A stretch of 64,000 bases of DNA from Minisyncoccota bacterium (GCA_035548315.1 DASZTF010000044.1:159615-223614); one strand, 5' to 3'. Counted from the first letter of the stretch, positions 37,089 to 46,882 are shown. Numbers and translations: made by a program. Notes: a model not told the origin generated them from the letters alone.

Positions 37089-39065
37089 TTATTCTAGCAC
37101 TGCCTTGATACGGCGGATGCCAGCGGACGATGCTTCTTCCTTAATAATTTTGAAACGCTTGCCGCCTTCTCCCAGCTCGGAAGTGTTTTTCACATGCGGG
37201 CCGCCACAGAATTCGAGCGAGAATGATTCTGCAAATTTGGGATCTTCCTGGGTGGCGTCCTTGGGACCCATCGAGTACACCGTCACGGTGTCGCCGTATT
37301 TCACGCCGAACTCGTGCTCGGCGCCGATCTGCTCTGCTTCTGCCTTTGGCATGCTGGTGACGAATACTGGGAGCGCAGCTGCGATTTGCTCGTTCACCAT
37401 GTCTTCTGCACGCTTCAGTTCTTCAGGCGTGAGTTTGCGGTCGAATGAAAAGTCGAGGCGCACACGTTCCTGGGTGATGTTGGAGCCCCGCTGGTGGACA
37501 TCATTGCCCAGAATCTTGCGAAGCGCTGCGAGCAGGAGATGGTGCGAGGTATGGTAGCGCACAGTGACTTCTGAATGGTCCGCAAGCCCGCCCTTGAACT
37601 TGCCTTCTGCTGCGGTGCGCGACTTTGCTTGGTGCTCATCCATTTCTGAGCGGAATGCGGCTGAATCAACGCTGATCCCGCGCTCCTTTGCCAGTTCCTC
37701 AGTGATCTCAAGCGGGAATCCGTAGCTCGATGCAAGGATAAACGCATGATGGCCGCTTATCGCGCCGTGCTTCGCAGCCTTCTCAAACTCCCGCATACCC
37801 TGCGCGAGCGTGCGGCGAAATTTAGCTTCCTCAGTAGTAAGCGTATTCAAAATCTGTTCACGCTTGTCGCGGAGTTCAGAATAGGTGTCTTCATACGCAG
37901 CGATCACCTTCTCCGCGAGCTGCCAGAGGGTGTTCTCGGCCACGCCGAGCTTGTCGAGATGACGAATGGCGCGGCGGATGAGGCGGCGCAAGATGTAGCC
38001 TGCTTCGGTATTAGATGGGTGGACGTCGTCGCCCGCGATAAATACCGCCGCGCGTACGTGGTCTGCGACGATGCGGAACGATTTTACATATTCAGCATCC
38101 TTGTATGACTTCCCTGTCTGACGCTCAATTTCTTGGATGGAGGTGTAGAGCGTATCGGCGAGGAATACGTCGTCGGTGTCGTTCATCGCCATCACGAGGC
38201 GCTCGAGGCCGCCGCCGAAGTCCACATTCTTCTGGCTGAGGAACGTGAACGATCCATCCGCCTGCTTGAGGTATTCCATGAACACCGAATTCGCGATCTC
38301 CACAAAGCGGCCGCAGTCGCAGTTCGGGTGGCACTCGGGGCCATACGCCGGATCATGCGGCGTGCCGAAGTCGTAGAACATCTCGGAGTCTGGACCACCG
38401 GGCTCGCCTGCTGGCATCTTGTCGGGCGTACCGGAGCGACTCCACCAGTTCTTCGCGGCGTCGTAGGCAAAGATCCGGCCACCCTGCATGCCGACTTGGT
38501 AGCCGTTCGCCTCTGAGCCAATCACCACATCTTTCGCATCGATTCCCTTCGCGGCAAAGAGTTCCTTCCAGAGCCCAATCGATTCTTCGTCTTTAGGAAT
38601 ATTGAGCGACTCATCTCCGGCGAATACGGTGACATAAAGCTTAGCCGGATCAAGACCAAGCCCAACTTCCTTGCTCGTCATGAATTCAAACACCCACGGG
38701 AGCTGCTCTTTCTTGAAGTAGTCGCCCAAGGACCAGTTGCCGAGCATCTCAAAGAACGTGAGGTGGCGGTTGTCGCCGATGTCATCGATATCGCCGGTGC
38801 GCACCGACTTCTGCGAGTCGGCGAGCCGCACCCCAGCCGGATGGGTCTGGCCGAGAAGGTATGGCACAAGTGGCTGCATGCCGCTCGATGTGAAGAGCGT
38901 AGTCGCATCGCCCTCCGGCCTCACCGGTGCGCTTGGAATAATCGCGTGCCCGCGTTCCTTATAGAAATCCAAAAATCGCTTCCTAACCTCTGCGACCGTC
39001 ATAGGCCGAAAATAGCACGAAATCACTCGCGAGACTATAATCACAGATATGAAAAAAGGAGGCAA
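37089..39065 (-). CDS. alaS: Alanyl-tRNA synthetase, short form lacking the C-Ala domain
   Basis: AlaRS catalytic N-terminus (RFLDFYKERGHAIIPSAPVRP...LFTSSGMQP...FFEMLGNWSLGDYFK) and editing-domain HxxxH/CxxxH motifs. Probable start at MTVAEVRK (39002), giving 637 aa. Confidence 0.9.
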   Translation of the reverse strand: MPPFFISVIIVSRVISCYFRPMTVAEVRKRFLDFYKERGHAIIPSAPVRPEGDATTLFTSSGMQPLVPYLLGQTHPAGVRLADSQKSVRTGDIDDIGDNRHLTFFEMLGNWSLGDYFKKEQLPWVFEFMTSKEVGLGLDPAKLYVTVFAGDESLNIPKDEESIGLWKELFAAKGIDAKDVVIGSEANGYQVGMQGGRIFAYDAAKNWWSRSGTPDKMPAGEPGGPDSEMFYDFGTPHDPAYGPECHPNCDCGRFVEIANSVFMEYLKQADGSFTFLSQKNVDFGGGLERLVMAMNDTDDVFLADTLYTSIQEIERQTGKSYKDAEYVKSFRIVADHVRAAVFIAGDDVHPSNTEAGYILRRLIRRAIRHLDKLGVAENTLWQLAEKVIAAYEDTYSELRDKREQILNTLTTEEAKFRRTLAQGMREFEKAAKHGAISGHHAFILASSYGFPLEITEELAKERGISVDSAAFRSEMDEHQAKSRTAAEGKFKGGLADHSEVTVRYHTSHHLLLAALRKILGNDVHQRGSNITQERVRLDFSFDRKLTPEELKRAEDMVNEQIAAALPVFVTSMPKAEAEQIGAEHEFGVKYGDTVTVYSMGPKDATQEDPKFAESFSLEFCGGPHVKNTSELGEGGKRFKIIKEEASSAGIRRIKAVLE

Positions 39066-41022
39066 AAACTGGGGATTTGATACGAAGACGATGGATAAAA
39101 AGGTGCGACCGCAGGATGATTTTTATCGGTACGCGCACGGCACGTGGCTGCGGACCACCAAGATCCCCGCGACCGAGTCGCGCTGGGGTAACTTCACTAT
39201 GCTGCGCGTGGATACGGAAAAGAAGCTGCGCAAAATAGTGGAGTCGCTCAAGAAGGGCCGCTTCCCTGCTAATTCCCCTGAGCAAATGATCCGCGATTTC
39301 TATCTGTCTGGGCTCAATGAGGCTGCGCGCGAGAAGCTCGGGGTGAAGCCGCTCCTCCCGCTGCTCGCCCGCGTGGAGAAATTGAAGCATGTGAAGGATA
39401 TCACCCCGATGATCGCGGCGTTCCATCGTATGGGTATCGGCGGACTCTGGGGCGGGCTCATCGACCAGGATGCGAAAAATAGCGAGCGCTACCTGCTCTA
39501 CTTCTACCAGGACGGCATCGGCATGCCCGACCGCGACTACTACCTCAAGGACGACGCGGAATCAAAGCGCGTGAGGGAGGCGTACCTGAAGCACCTCCAT
39601 AACCTCCACATGCTCGTGGGACTCTCGAAGAAAGAGACACAAGAATCCGTGGATACAATCATGCGCGTCGAGACGGCGCTCGCGAAAGCATCTATGACTA
39701 AGGAAGATGCGCGCGATAGCGAGAAGACCTGGCACAAGCACACGATCGCGCAGCTCCAGAGGCTCGCGCCCGCTATCGATTGGGAACTCTATATGAGGAT
39801 GAGTGGTGCACCCAAAGAACGCGACGTGAACGTGATGCAGCCGGAGTACCTGCGAGCGATGAGCAAGATGCTCGAGACGGTGCCGCTTGCCGATTGGAAG
39901 GTCTACTTCCGCGCGCACGTCATCGACGACACCGCAGGCCTTCTGTCGAAGAAGTTCGTGCGCGAGCAGTTCAACTACTACGGCAAGGCGCTCGCGGGCA
40001 CGAGGAAAATGAAGCCGCTCTGGCGCCGTGCGCTTTCAGCGACTAATGGATCGCTCGGCGAGCTCCTCGGCCAGATATACGTAGAGAAGCACTTTCCTCC
40101 GGAGGCGAAGATCAAGATGAGTGCGCTCGTTGACGACCTTTTTGCTGCCTATGAGAAGCGCATCAAGTCACTCGACTGGATGAGCGAGCCCACTAAGAAG
40201 AAGGCGGTGCAGAAACTCCGGATGATGAATCGCAAGATCGGGTACCCGGATAAGTGGAAGTCGTACCGCGGACTTACTGTGCGCGCAGACGATTTCTTCG
40301 GGAACATCATGCGCTCTGCCGAGTACGAGCATAAGCGCCAGATCAAGAAGCTCGGCCGCCCTATCGACCGCGCCGAGTGGCTCATGGACCCGCAGGTGGT
40401 AAATGCCTACTGCAGCTTCAATATGAACGAGATCGTATTCCCTGCTGCCATCCTCCAGCCGCCGTTCTTCAGCCTCACGGCTGATATGGCGGTGAACTAT
40501 GGCTCGATTGGATCCGTGATCGGGCACGAGATCACGCACGGATTCGACGATCAGGGTTCCAAGTTCGACGGCAAAGGCAATATGAAGTCCTGGTGGTTGG
40601 CCGCGGATAAAAAACACTTCGATGCCAAGGCGAAACTCATCAAGCAGCAGTACGACGCCTACACGGTGGCCGACGGCGTGCATGTAAATGGCCAGCTTAC
40701 GCTCGGAGAAAACATCGCGGACTTGGGCGGCATGTCGATTGCGTTTGATGCGTACCAGGCGTACCTCGCGCGTACGGGCGAGCGCGACGAGATCGAGGGC
40801 TTCACGCCGGAGCAGCGGTTCTTCCTCGGGTTCTCGCTCTTTGACATGGAGCTCATGCGGCCAGAGGCCGCGAAGACGCGCGTGCTCACCGACCCCCACT
40901 CCCCAAGCGAGTTCCGCATCAATGGTCCCATCGTGAATAACGACGACTTCTACAAAGCATTCGGCGTGGTGAAGGGCGACAAGCTCTACCGCGATCCCAA
41001 GAAGCGCGCGCGGATCTGGTAA
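39049..41022 (+). CDS. pepO: M13-family zinc metalloendopeptidase (PepO/neprilysin-like)
   Basis: HEITH zinc-binding motif (VIGHEITHGFDDQG), and NAYCSFNMNEIVFPAAILQPPFF; no signal peptide. Confidence 0.9.
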   Translation: MKKGGKNWGFDTKTMDKKVRPQDDFYRYAHGTWLRTTKIPATESRWGNFTMLRVDTEKKLRKIVESLKKGRFPANSPEQMIRDFYLSGLNEAAREKLGVKPLLPLLARVEKLKHVKDITPMIAAFHRMGIGGLWGGLIDQDAKNSERYLLYFYQDGIGMPDRDYYLKDDAESKRVREAYLKHLHNLHMLVGLSKKETQESVDTIMRVETALAKASMTKEDARDSEKTWHKHTIAQLQRLAPAIDWELYMRMSGAPKERDVNVMQPEYLRAMSKMLETVPLADWKVYFRAHVIDDTAGLLSKKFVREQFNYYGKALAGTRKMKPLWRRALSATNGSLGELLGQIYVEKHFPPEAKIKMSALVDDLFAAYEKRIKSLDWMSEPTKKKAVQKLRMMNRKIGYPDKWKSYRGLTVRADDFFGNIMRSAEYEHKRQIKKLGRPIDRAEWLMDPQVVNAYCSFNMNEIVFPAAILQPPFFSLTADMAVNYGSIGSVIGHEITHGFDDQGSKFDGKGNMKSWWLAADKKHFDAKAKLIKQQYDAYTVADGVHVNGQLTLGENIADLGGMSIAFDAYQAYLARTGERDEIEGFTPEQRFFLGFSLFDMELMRPEAAKTRVLTDPHSPSEFRINGPIVNNDDFYKAFGVVKGDKLYRDPKKRARIW

Positions 41023-41040
41023 CTCAGCGCTCCGCTCTCC

Positions 41041-41070
41041 GAATCACCGCATTAATGCGGTGATTCTTTT
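41041..41070 (+). terminator. Rho-independent terminator of pepO
   Basis: gaatcaccgca-ttaa-tgcggtgattc followed by TTTTATA. The stem contains the 16-mer that recurs at 52856. Confidence 0.75.
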
Positions 41071-41746
41071 ATACCCAGTCAATAGACTTCCTGTTGTGCT
41101 CGGCGAGGTACTCGTTCGCGAGTTTGAAGTGATTGTTGCCGAAGAATCCATTATGCGCGGAGAGCGGTGATGGGTGCGCAGATTCGAGTATCAAATGCTT
41201 CTCCCAATCGATGTGAGTGCCCTTCTTTTTCGCGTAGTTGCCCCAAAGCATGAATACCAGATGCTCGCGCTGCTCGGACAGTGCCTTCACGGCCGCATCG
41301 GTGAATAATTCCCAGCCCTTGCCCTGATGCGAGTTCGCCGAGTGCGCGCGCACCGTGAGGGTGGCGTTTAAAAGCAGCACGCCCTGCTCTGCCCAGCGAG
41401 AAAGGTCACCGCCCTTCTTCGCTAACGCTTCGAAGGGCACGTCATATTCTTTCGCCAGCTCTTTATACATATTTTGAAGCGAAGGCGGCAATTGCACGCC
41501 ATCGTTCACCGCGAATGAAAGGCCGTTTGCTTGGCCTGGTCCGTGGTACGGATCCTGGCCCAGTATCACCACCTTCACCGTATCGAACGGCGTAAGCTCA
41601 AACGCGCGGAATATCGCCTTCGGCGGCGGATACACCTTTCCGCTCGAATATTCTTCTTTCACGAAGTCTGTCAGTTCCTTAAAGTACGGCTTCCCGAACT
41701 CTTCCTCGAGCGCCTTCTTCCAGCTGGGCTCAATTTTTACCTCCAT
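41069..41746 (-). CDS. ung: Uracil-DNA glycosylase (family 1)
   Basis: Water-activating loop GQDPYH, and HPSPLS motif. Confidence 0.9.
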   Translation of the reverse strand: MEVKIEPSWKKALEEEFGKPYFKELTDFVKEEYSSGKVYPPPKAIFRAFELTPFDTVKVVILGQDPYHGPGQANGLSFAVNDGVQLPPSLQNMYKELAKEYDVPFEALAKKGGDLSRWAEQGVLLLNATLTVRAHSANSHQGKGWELFTDAAVKALSEQREHLVFMLWGNYAKKKGTHIDWEKHLILESAHPSPLSAHNGFFGNNHFKLANEYLAEHNRKSIDWV

Positions 41747-41838
41747 GGTGAGAGTATAACTCGCGAAGACGGCGCGGCGGGAAGGGGCTGACTGCCGAGC
41801 GGCATGAGCGTACCCTTTCCGCTGCGTCGTCGAGCGAG

Positions 41839-42630
41839 CTACTTCTTAGCTTTTGCTTTCTTGGAGACGTCCTGGAAGGTCTTACCCGCTGCTTCGCGGT
41901 ACGTGCAGAAGTCGCACGGGCCGCCACCGAACGCAGTACCCATCTCGGGGATGGAGTCGCTGTCGAGCATTTCTTTGAGCCGGTACACGGTCGGTTCTAC
42001 CCATGCGTCGGAGCCGGTGTAGGGGATGAGGCAGACATCGAACTCGAGTTTCCCGTCGAATGCTTTTTCATCCGATTTGCCGTTCGCATACACAAAGTAT
42101 CCCGTTGGGTAGACGTTGTGCCCATTCTGGCGGAAGAGCCACTGATAGATTTCCATCTGGCGCTTATAAGAATCATAGAGGTCGTCTTCTGTGGAAGGTC
42201 CAACCTTTTTGCTCGTCGCTTTATAGTCCACGATGATGAGCTCGCCATCCGGCGTGACCCACACGTCGTCGATGCCGCCGCGGAGTAGCAAATTGGTCGG
42301 CTGGTGGTGGTACGCGATACCGCGCTTGAGCGCGTCGCGCCACTCGTCGAGGCGGTCGTCTTTCAATGGTACGGCGTCGAGCCCGTAGGCCTTTGCGAGC
42401 GGGTGCGGCGTGCCATCTGCGCGGTGCGCATCGAACTCGCGCTTGAAGAGCTCGTCCACGGCGTTATTGAGCGTGAACGACGGGCCCTGTGGGCGCTTCA
42501 CCCCAAACTTCATGTCGAGGTATGCGCAGCGCGGGCACTCACTAAAGAGGTCGATCTTACTGCGGCTCACGCGGTACGGCTCCGACGATGTCGGATCATA
42601 GGGTCCCCAGCCGCTTCGCCTCCCTGCCAT
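41839..42630 (-). CDS. RecB-family / Cas4-like PD-(D/E)xK nuclease with N- and C-terminal CxxC pairs (putative Fe-S or Zn site)
   Basis: Motifs IDDV, IVDYK, QMEIYQWLF (QhxxY); CPRC near the N-terminus and CDFC near the C-terminus. Start taken at MAGRRSGW (42630), 2 nt after the upstream stop. Confidence 0.55.
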   Translation of the reverse strand: MAGRRSGWGPYDPTSSEPYRVSRSKIDLFSECPRCAYLDMKFGVKRPQGPSFTLNNAVDELFKREFDAHRADGTPHPLAKAYGLDAVPLKDDRLDEWRDALKRGIAYHHQPTNLLLRGGIDDVWVTPDGELIIVDYKATSKKVGPSTEDDLYDSYKRQMEIYQWLFRQNGHNVYPTGYFVYANGKSDEKAFDGKLEFDVCLIPYTGSDAWVEPTVYRLKEMLDSDSIPEMGTAFGGGPCDFCTYREAAGKTFQDVSKKAKAKK

Positions 42631-42631
42631 G

Positions 42632-43144
42632 CTAGAGGGTGGTCGTGAAGAGCGCGACGACCCGCTCTCCGGTCTCAAAGTCCACGTAGACGCTGTCGCT
42701 CTTCGGGTCGAATGAGCCGTCACCATTATCGCGATAGAGCACCACCGCGTAGGTCATCTGCGGTACGGTCGGGCGGAGCAAATTCACGAGCACCTGACTT
42801 GCAGGTGCGGTCACGCGCGCGGCACCGAGAATATTCCCGAGCTCGCCGCTTTTAAGCTCTGCCACTGCCACCCACACGCCGGGAGTCGGCACCTCGACGG
42901 AATCGACGAGTACCGACGATCCTGCTGCCTGGTCGTGTACCGCGACGATGCCCGTCGTGGGAGTCGCTGGTGACGCCGCTGACTGCGCGGAGGAGGTGCC
43001 CGTATCTGTCTCTGACGTGCCGGCTCCCGGAAGGCGCGCTTCAAGGAACCACGCCGAGGTCACAAGCACCCCGAGCACGAATGCGCCGAGGGCAAGGAGC
43101 CAGGGGTTCATGGGCTGGTGCGTCGTTGGGGTAGGTTCAGGCAT
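42632..43144 (-). CDS. Membrane-anchored hypothetical protein (single TM plus ectodomain)
   Basis: TM helix NPWLLALGAFVLGVLVTSAWFL. Confidence 0.5.
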   Translation of the reverse strand: MPEPTPTTHQPMNPWLLALGAFVLGVLVTSAWFLEARLPGAGTSETDTGTSSAQSAASPATPTTGIVAVHDQAAGSSVLVDSVEVPTPGVWVAVAELKSGELGNILGAARVTAPASQVLVNLLRPTVPQMTYAVVLYRDNGDGSFDPKSDSVYVDFETGERVVALFTTTL

Positions 43145-44018
43145 ACGAAAATGGTTCAGTAAGGCTTTGGGTCTCCGACAGTATAGCGCCAATTCGTTCT
43201 GCAGTAATACCTGCGGCTCGGAGCGCATCCCTGCGGCCCGTCAGCATCGCGGAGGTGACGATGCCCTGGTTGATGAGGAGTCGCTTCTCCGCATGCTTGA
43301 GGCTCGTGAGAGTAGTGATCGGGTAAATGCCGGCCGCCACGATGCGGTCGTAGAGATTCCCGGTATCGGGGAAGCTCCAGCCGAGGAGTTCCACACCCGC
43401 GCACATGGCATACGCGACCGCCTGGCTTGTGAACTTCGTATTGGTGATCAAGATACCGCGGTCGATGGGACAGTTCTGGGTTTTGGGGTCGCAATTCCAG
43501 ACATCGTCAAAGCGCGCTTTCACATAGAGCGCGGTCTTGAGGTCTGTTTTATAGAAAGCGTCGTTGTGGTATTTGAGTTCGCCTGCAATGGTCTCGACTC
43601 CTTGTGCGGTGTCTCGCGTCGCGTAGAGGTCGACTTCGTGCTCGACGCACTTCCCTTTGATAATCGTGCGGCGTGACACGTTCCATCCTTCCGCTTTGAA
43701 AAGTTCCGCGATGAAGTCTTCAAACGGGTGTCCCGAAGGACCGAACTCAAGCAGTGCACGGCGCAGTGCATACCGCGCGGCCGCGGGACGCGCTTCTCTG
43801 CGCAGCATTGCAAATGCCTTGCGGTAGATTTCTGTTGAGCTTACCTCGTACCCCACCGAGTCTGTGATGGTGCGCGCGATTCGTTCAGCGGTGTGTTCCC
43901 CCGCGCCCGCACGACGCAGTGAAAGCGTGAGCTTCCCAGGGTCAAATTGCTCGACCGAGCCGTCAGCCTTCACGATAGCGGGTCCGGTGTGAGATGCGGT
44001 CGCCGCCATGTTACTCAT
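43137..44018 (-). CDS. ATP-cone domain fused to Mrr-like (PD-(D/E)xK) restriction-endonuclease domain
   Basis: ATP-cone IVKADGSVEQFDPGKLTLSLRRAGAGEHTAERIARTI (NrdR-like); nuclease core EVDLYA ... IAGELKYH (D ... ExK). Confidence 0.6.
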   Translation of the reverse strand: MSNMAATASHTGPAIVKADGSVEQFDPGKLTLSLRRAGAGEHTAERIARTITDSVGYEVSSTEIYRKAFAMLRREARPAAARYALRRALLEFGPSGHPFEDFIAELFKAEGWNVSRRTIIKGKCVEHEVDLYATRDTAQGVETIAGELKYHNDAFYKTDLKTALYVKARFDDVWNCDPKTQNCPIDRGILITNTKFTSQAVAYAMCAGVELLGWSFPDTGNLYDRIVAAGIYPITTLTSLKHAEKRLLINQGIVTSAMLTGRRDALRAAGITAERIGAILSETQSLTEPFSYA

Positions 44019-44433
44019 CGGTAGTAGAGGCGAGTGCCCCGTTCGCATACACCACGATCTCCGCGCTCTTTGAAGCCTCTACCGAAAGGCTGAACGATTT
44101 TTCATCAAGTACGGTAAGGCAGATGCCTGTATCACGCGGCGCTCTGAGATCAATGCGTATCGTGTCGGTGGACGAAGCGTCGCCGTTCTGCGTGACCGTG
44201 GACGTCGCAGTCAAGCTCGTGCAAGGCGTCGGTACCGTCGCACTGCCTTTTATCGTGTGCAGTCCCGACTTGCTGCTATAGGTGTCGCTCAGGTGAACGT
44301 CCGTGATCGTCGCGAAGGAAGGCACGCTCGGCGCAATCGCCGTGCGAGGCGACCCCGTGATATGGAGCACGAACAGCGCGAAGGCAATAACTATAACGGC
44401 AACAAATATGCCGATGCCGATCCAGAACCTCAT
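44011..44433 (-). CDS. Membrane-anchored hypothetical protein
   Basis: TM helix IGIGIFVAVIVIAFALFVL plus a Ser/Thr-rich ectodomain; its stop overlaps the downstream gene's start. Confidence 0.5.
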   Translation of the reverse strand: MRFWIGIGIFVAVIVIAFALFVLHITGSPRTAIAPSVPSFATITDVHLSDTYSSKSGLHTIKGSATVPTPCTSLTATSTVTQNGDASSTDTIRIDLRAPRDTGICLTVLDEKSFSLSVEASKSAEIVVYANGALASTTDE

Positions 44434-45494
44434 GCAGTAATGATACCACCCCCGATGAGTTGCTCGCCATCATAGAGGACGAGTGACTGACCGGAGGCAA
44501 TAGGCATCGTGAGCGGTTCGTCTGGCGTGAACTGATGCAGCGCAGCATCGAATGTCCCGCGTATACGTGTCCCGTGATAGCGATACTGTGCATCATAGGA
44601 TTTTCCCTCTTCCGGCGTGACGAGCCAGTTACATTCGCGCAGCGTAAGCACTGCGGGGATCGCGTCGGTTGTATCGATGGTGTGCGCGACCGTGAGCGTA
44701 TTGGTGCGCAGGCCCTTTGCAAGCACATACCACGGGCCGTCGGGGAGCGACACGCGCTCGCCCAGGGTGTACGCCATCGCGCCATGGTGTTCTCCGAGCA
44801 CCACACCACTCGCGTTTACTATCGGACCCGGCGCGAGACCGACTTCCTGCGCAAGGAATTGCTCGATAGAGACATTCCCGAGAAAGCAGACACCCTGGCT
44901 ATCGCGCTTCGTCGCGTTCGGGAGGTTGAATTTCTTCGCAAGTGCACGCACGGCGCTCTTCTCCATGCCGCCGAGTGGGAACAGTATCCGGGACAGCGTC
45001 TCTTTCCTGATCGCCCACAAAAAGTAACTCTGGTCTTTACTCGTATCGGTACCGCGCAAGAGCGACGGGACGTGCTGCTCTGCCGCAGTATGCCCCTCGC
45101 TGCGTATCTGCGCATAGTGACCTGTCGCAATGAAATCGGCACCGTGCGCCATTGCAAAGTCATAGAACGCACCGAACTTCACGTCCCGATTGCACATCAC
45201 GTCGGGATTGGGCGTGTTCCCCGCTGCATATTCGTGGATTAGATAGTCGATTACGGCTTTTTGATACGCTGCGCTTGCGTCGAATGTGAGAAAGGGGATC
45301 CCAAGGCGCGCGGCCACCTGCAGAGCGTCGCGACGGTCCTCTGCCCAACTACACGGCAGGCCTTCTGGGTACGCACCCTTAATGAACACCCCGGTCACTG
45401 CCGCCCCCGCGCGCTGGAGCAGCGCGGCAGTGACGGCAGAGTCGACGCCGCCGGACAGCCCCACAAAGACCCGTTTGCCCTTGACGCTTAGCAT
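44430..45494 (-). CDS. mnmA: tRNA-specific 2-thiouridylase MnmA
   Basis: PP-loop VGLSGGVDSAV; catalytic Cys region NPDVMCNRDVKFGAF. Start at MLSVKGKRVFV (45494). Confidence 0.9.
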   Translation of the reverse strand: MLSVKGKRVFVGLSGGVDSAVTAALLQRAGAAVTGVFIKGAYPEGLPCSWAEDRRDALQVAARLGIPFLTFDASAAYQKAVIDYLIHEYAAGNTPNPDVMCNRDVKFGAFYDFAMAHGADFIATGHYAQIRSEGHTAAEQHVPSLLRGTDTSKDQSYFLWAIRKETLSRILFPLGGMEKSAVRALAKKFNLPNATKRDSQGVCFLGNVSIEQFLAQEVGLAPGPIVNASGVVLGEHHGAMAYTLGERVSLPDGPWYVLAKGLRTNTLTVAHTIDTTDAIPAVLTLRECNWLVTPEEGKSYDAQYRYHGTRIRGTFDAALHQFTPDEPLTMPIASGQSLVLYDGEQLIGGGIITA

Positions 45495-45544
45495 GATGCA
45501 GTTCACTATAAGATACTGAAGGACGTACGGAAAGGAAATCGCTC

Positions 45545-45835
45545 GTGGCAGCTCTTTCACAAGAACAGCCTGCACGCACGCTCGTCGTCATCCTCTTTCG
45601 CGTTATTACGCTGCGTCGGGCAGACCTTTCGTCGGATGCGTCGCCGATGGATCTGATGCCGGGGAAGCACGAATTCTTCATCCAGGACTTTGCTGATGGT
45701 CGCACACACAAACGCTGGGTGCTCCTCACGGAAGATAAACAGTTCGGGATACCTCTGGCCGTGCTCAAGACCCACGATGAAGCAAATCGAGCAGAGACTC
45801 GTGACGCCGCAGGCCGGCTCTATGATTTCGAATAA
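45545..45835 (+). CDS. Hypothetical small protein, orientation ambiguous (alternative: minus-strand ORF 45557..45841, Cys-rich)
   Basis: Two fully overlapping ORFs with similar GC3. The plus ORF has a GTG start and ggaaa Shine-Dalgarno; the minus ORF fits the operon direction and has 6 Cys. A bidirectional hairpin at 45837-45861 is compatible with either. Confidence 0.25.
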   Translation: MAALSQEQPARTLVVILFRVITLRRADLSSDASPMDLMPGKHEFFIQDFADGRTHKRWVLLTEDKQFGIPLAVLKTHDEANRAETRDAAGRLYDFE

Positions 45836-45836
45836 T

Positions 45837-45861
45837 TCCAAACGGCGCCCCCAGGCGCCGT
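45837..45861. terminator. Perfect 10-bp GC-rich hairpin downstream of mltG (minus) and of the 45545 ORF (plus)
   Basis: aaacggcgcc-ccca-ggcgccgttt. Confidence 0.55.
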
Positions 45862-45865
45862 TTGT

Positions 45866-46882
45866 TCAATCAAGGTACTTTGCGCGGTTTGCCTTGTGCT
45901 GCGCAAAGGTGACGGCATAGTGCATCTGCCCGTCGATACCAGTGAGGTAATAGAGCGCGGTCGTCGTCGCCGGGGTAACCGCCGCAAGAATGGCATTGAG
46001 CCCAGGGTTGCCGATCGGCCCAGGCGGCAGGCCCTTATTTCTATAGGTGTTGTAGGGAGAATCGATCGCGAGGTCATCAAGCGACGGACTGAACTCCGGC
46101 TTGTCTTCGATATAGCCGAACACCGCATCGACCTGCAGCGGCATTCCCTTCTGGAGTCGGTTGTAGAGGATGCCGGCGACCATGCGCTTGTCAGTGAGCG
46201 ACTTCGCTTCGTCCTCGAGTATAGAAGCCATCACGAGATCATCGGTGAGTGGCCGGTCGAACGCATCAATTTGGGGAGAAATGCTCGCGATTTGGTCGAG
46301 GAAGTTCGCGTACATCTTCACCACCACCTCATCGGGGGTGACGTCGGGGTAAAAGAAGTAGGTGTCCGGGAACAGATATCCTTCGAGCGGGAGTGCTTCG
46401 TTCAGAAATCCGTCCGCGTCAAAGCTTGGGAAGCGCGCCTTAAGCTGTCGCGCGATCTCGCGCACGGTCTCCCCTTCCCGAATCACCACCCGCTCCGCCA
46501 CGATGCCGAAGGCGCCGTCTTGCACGCGCTCTTCCACACGGAAAAGTCCCACCGGGCGCTCGAATACGTACTTGCCCGACTTCATGCCTGCGTTTGCGCC
46601 CCTGAGGCGCGCGAGCACTTCAAACAGTAGCGGCGAGCGGATGAGTCCCTCGGCCGTAAGCTGGTCGGCCACCTCCGCGAGCGTGGCCCCTTGGGGAATA
46701 GTAATGATCTCCCCTGTCGGGAATTGGGGTGCGGGATCGAGGAGTACGAACCAGCCTGCAAGTAGCACCACGGCGAGCCCAAGCGCGCCGCATACATACA
46801 CGGCCTTGAGCCGGGTGAACTGAAATTCGAGCACCGCGAATGCGAGCATTACGAACTGCTTTACCGAAGACGGCTCGTTCAT
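45866..46882 (-). CDS. mltG: Endolytic murein transglycosylase MltG (YceG-like)
   Basis: N-terminal TM helix and YceG domain (GYLFPDTYFF ... GLPPGPIGNPG). Confidence 0.9.
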   Translation of the reverse strand: MNEPSSVKQFVMLAFAVLEFQFTRLKAVYVCGALGLAVVLLAGWFVLLDPAPQFPTGEIITIPQGATLAEVADQLTAEGLIRSPLLFEVLARLRGANAGMKSGKYVFERPVGLFRVEERVQDGAFGIVAERVVIREGETVREIARQLKARFPSFDADGFLNEALPLEGYLFPDTYFFYPDVTPDEVVVKMYANFLDQIASISPQIDAFDRPLTDDLVMASILEDEAKSLTDKRMVAGILYNRLQKGMPLQVDAVFGYIEDKPEFSPSLDDLAIDSPYNTYRNKGLPPGPIGNPGLNAILAAVTPATTTALYYLTGIDGQMHYAVTFAQHKANRAKYLD

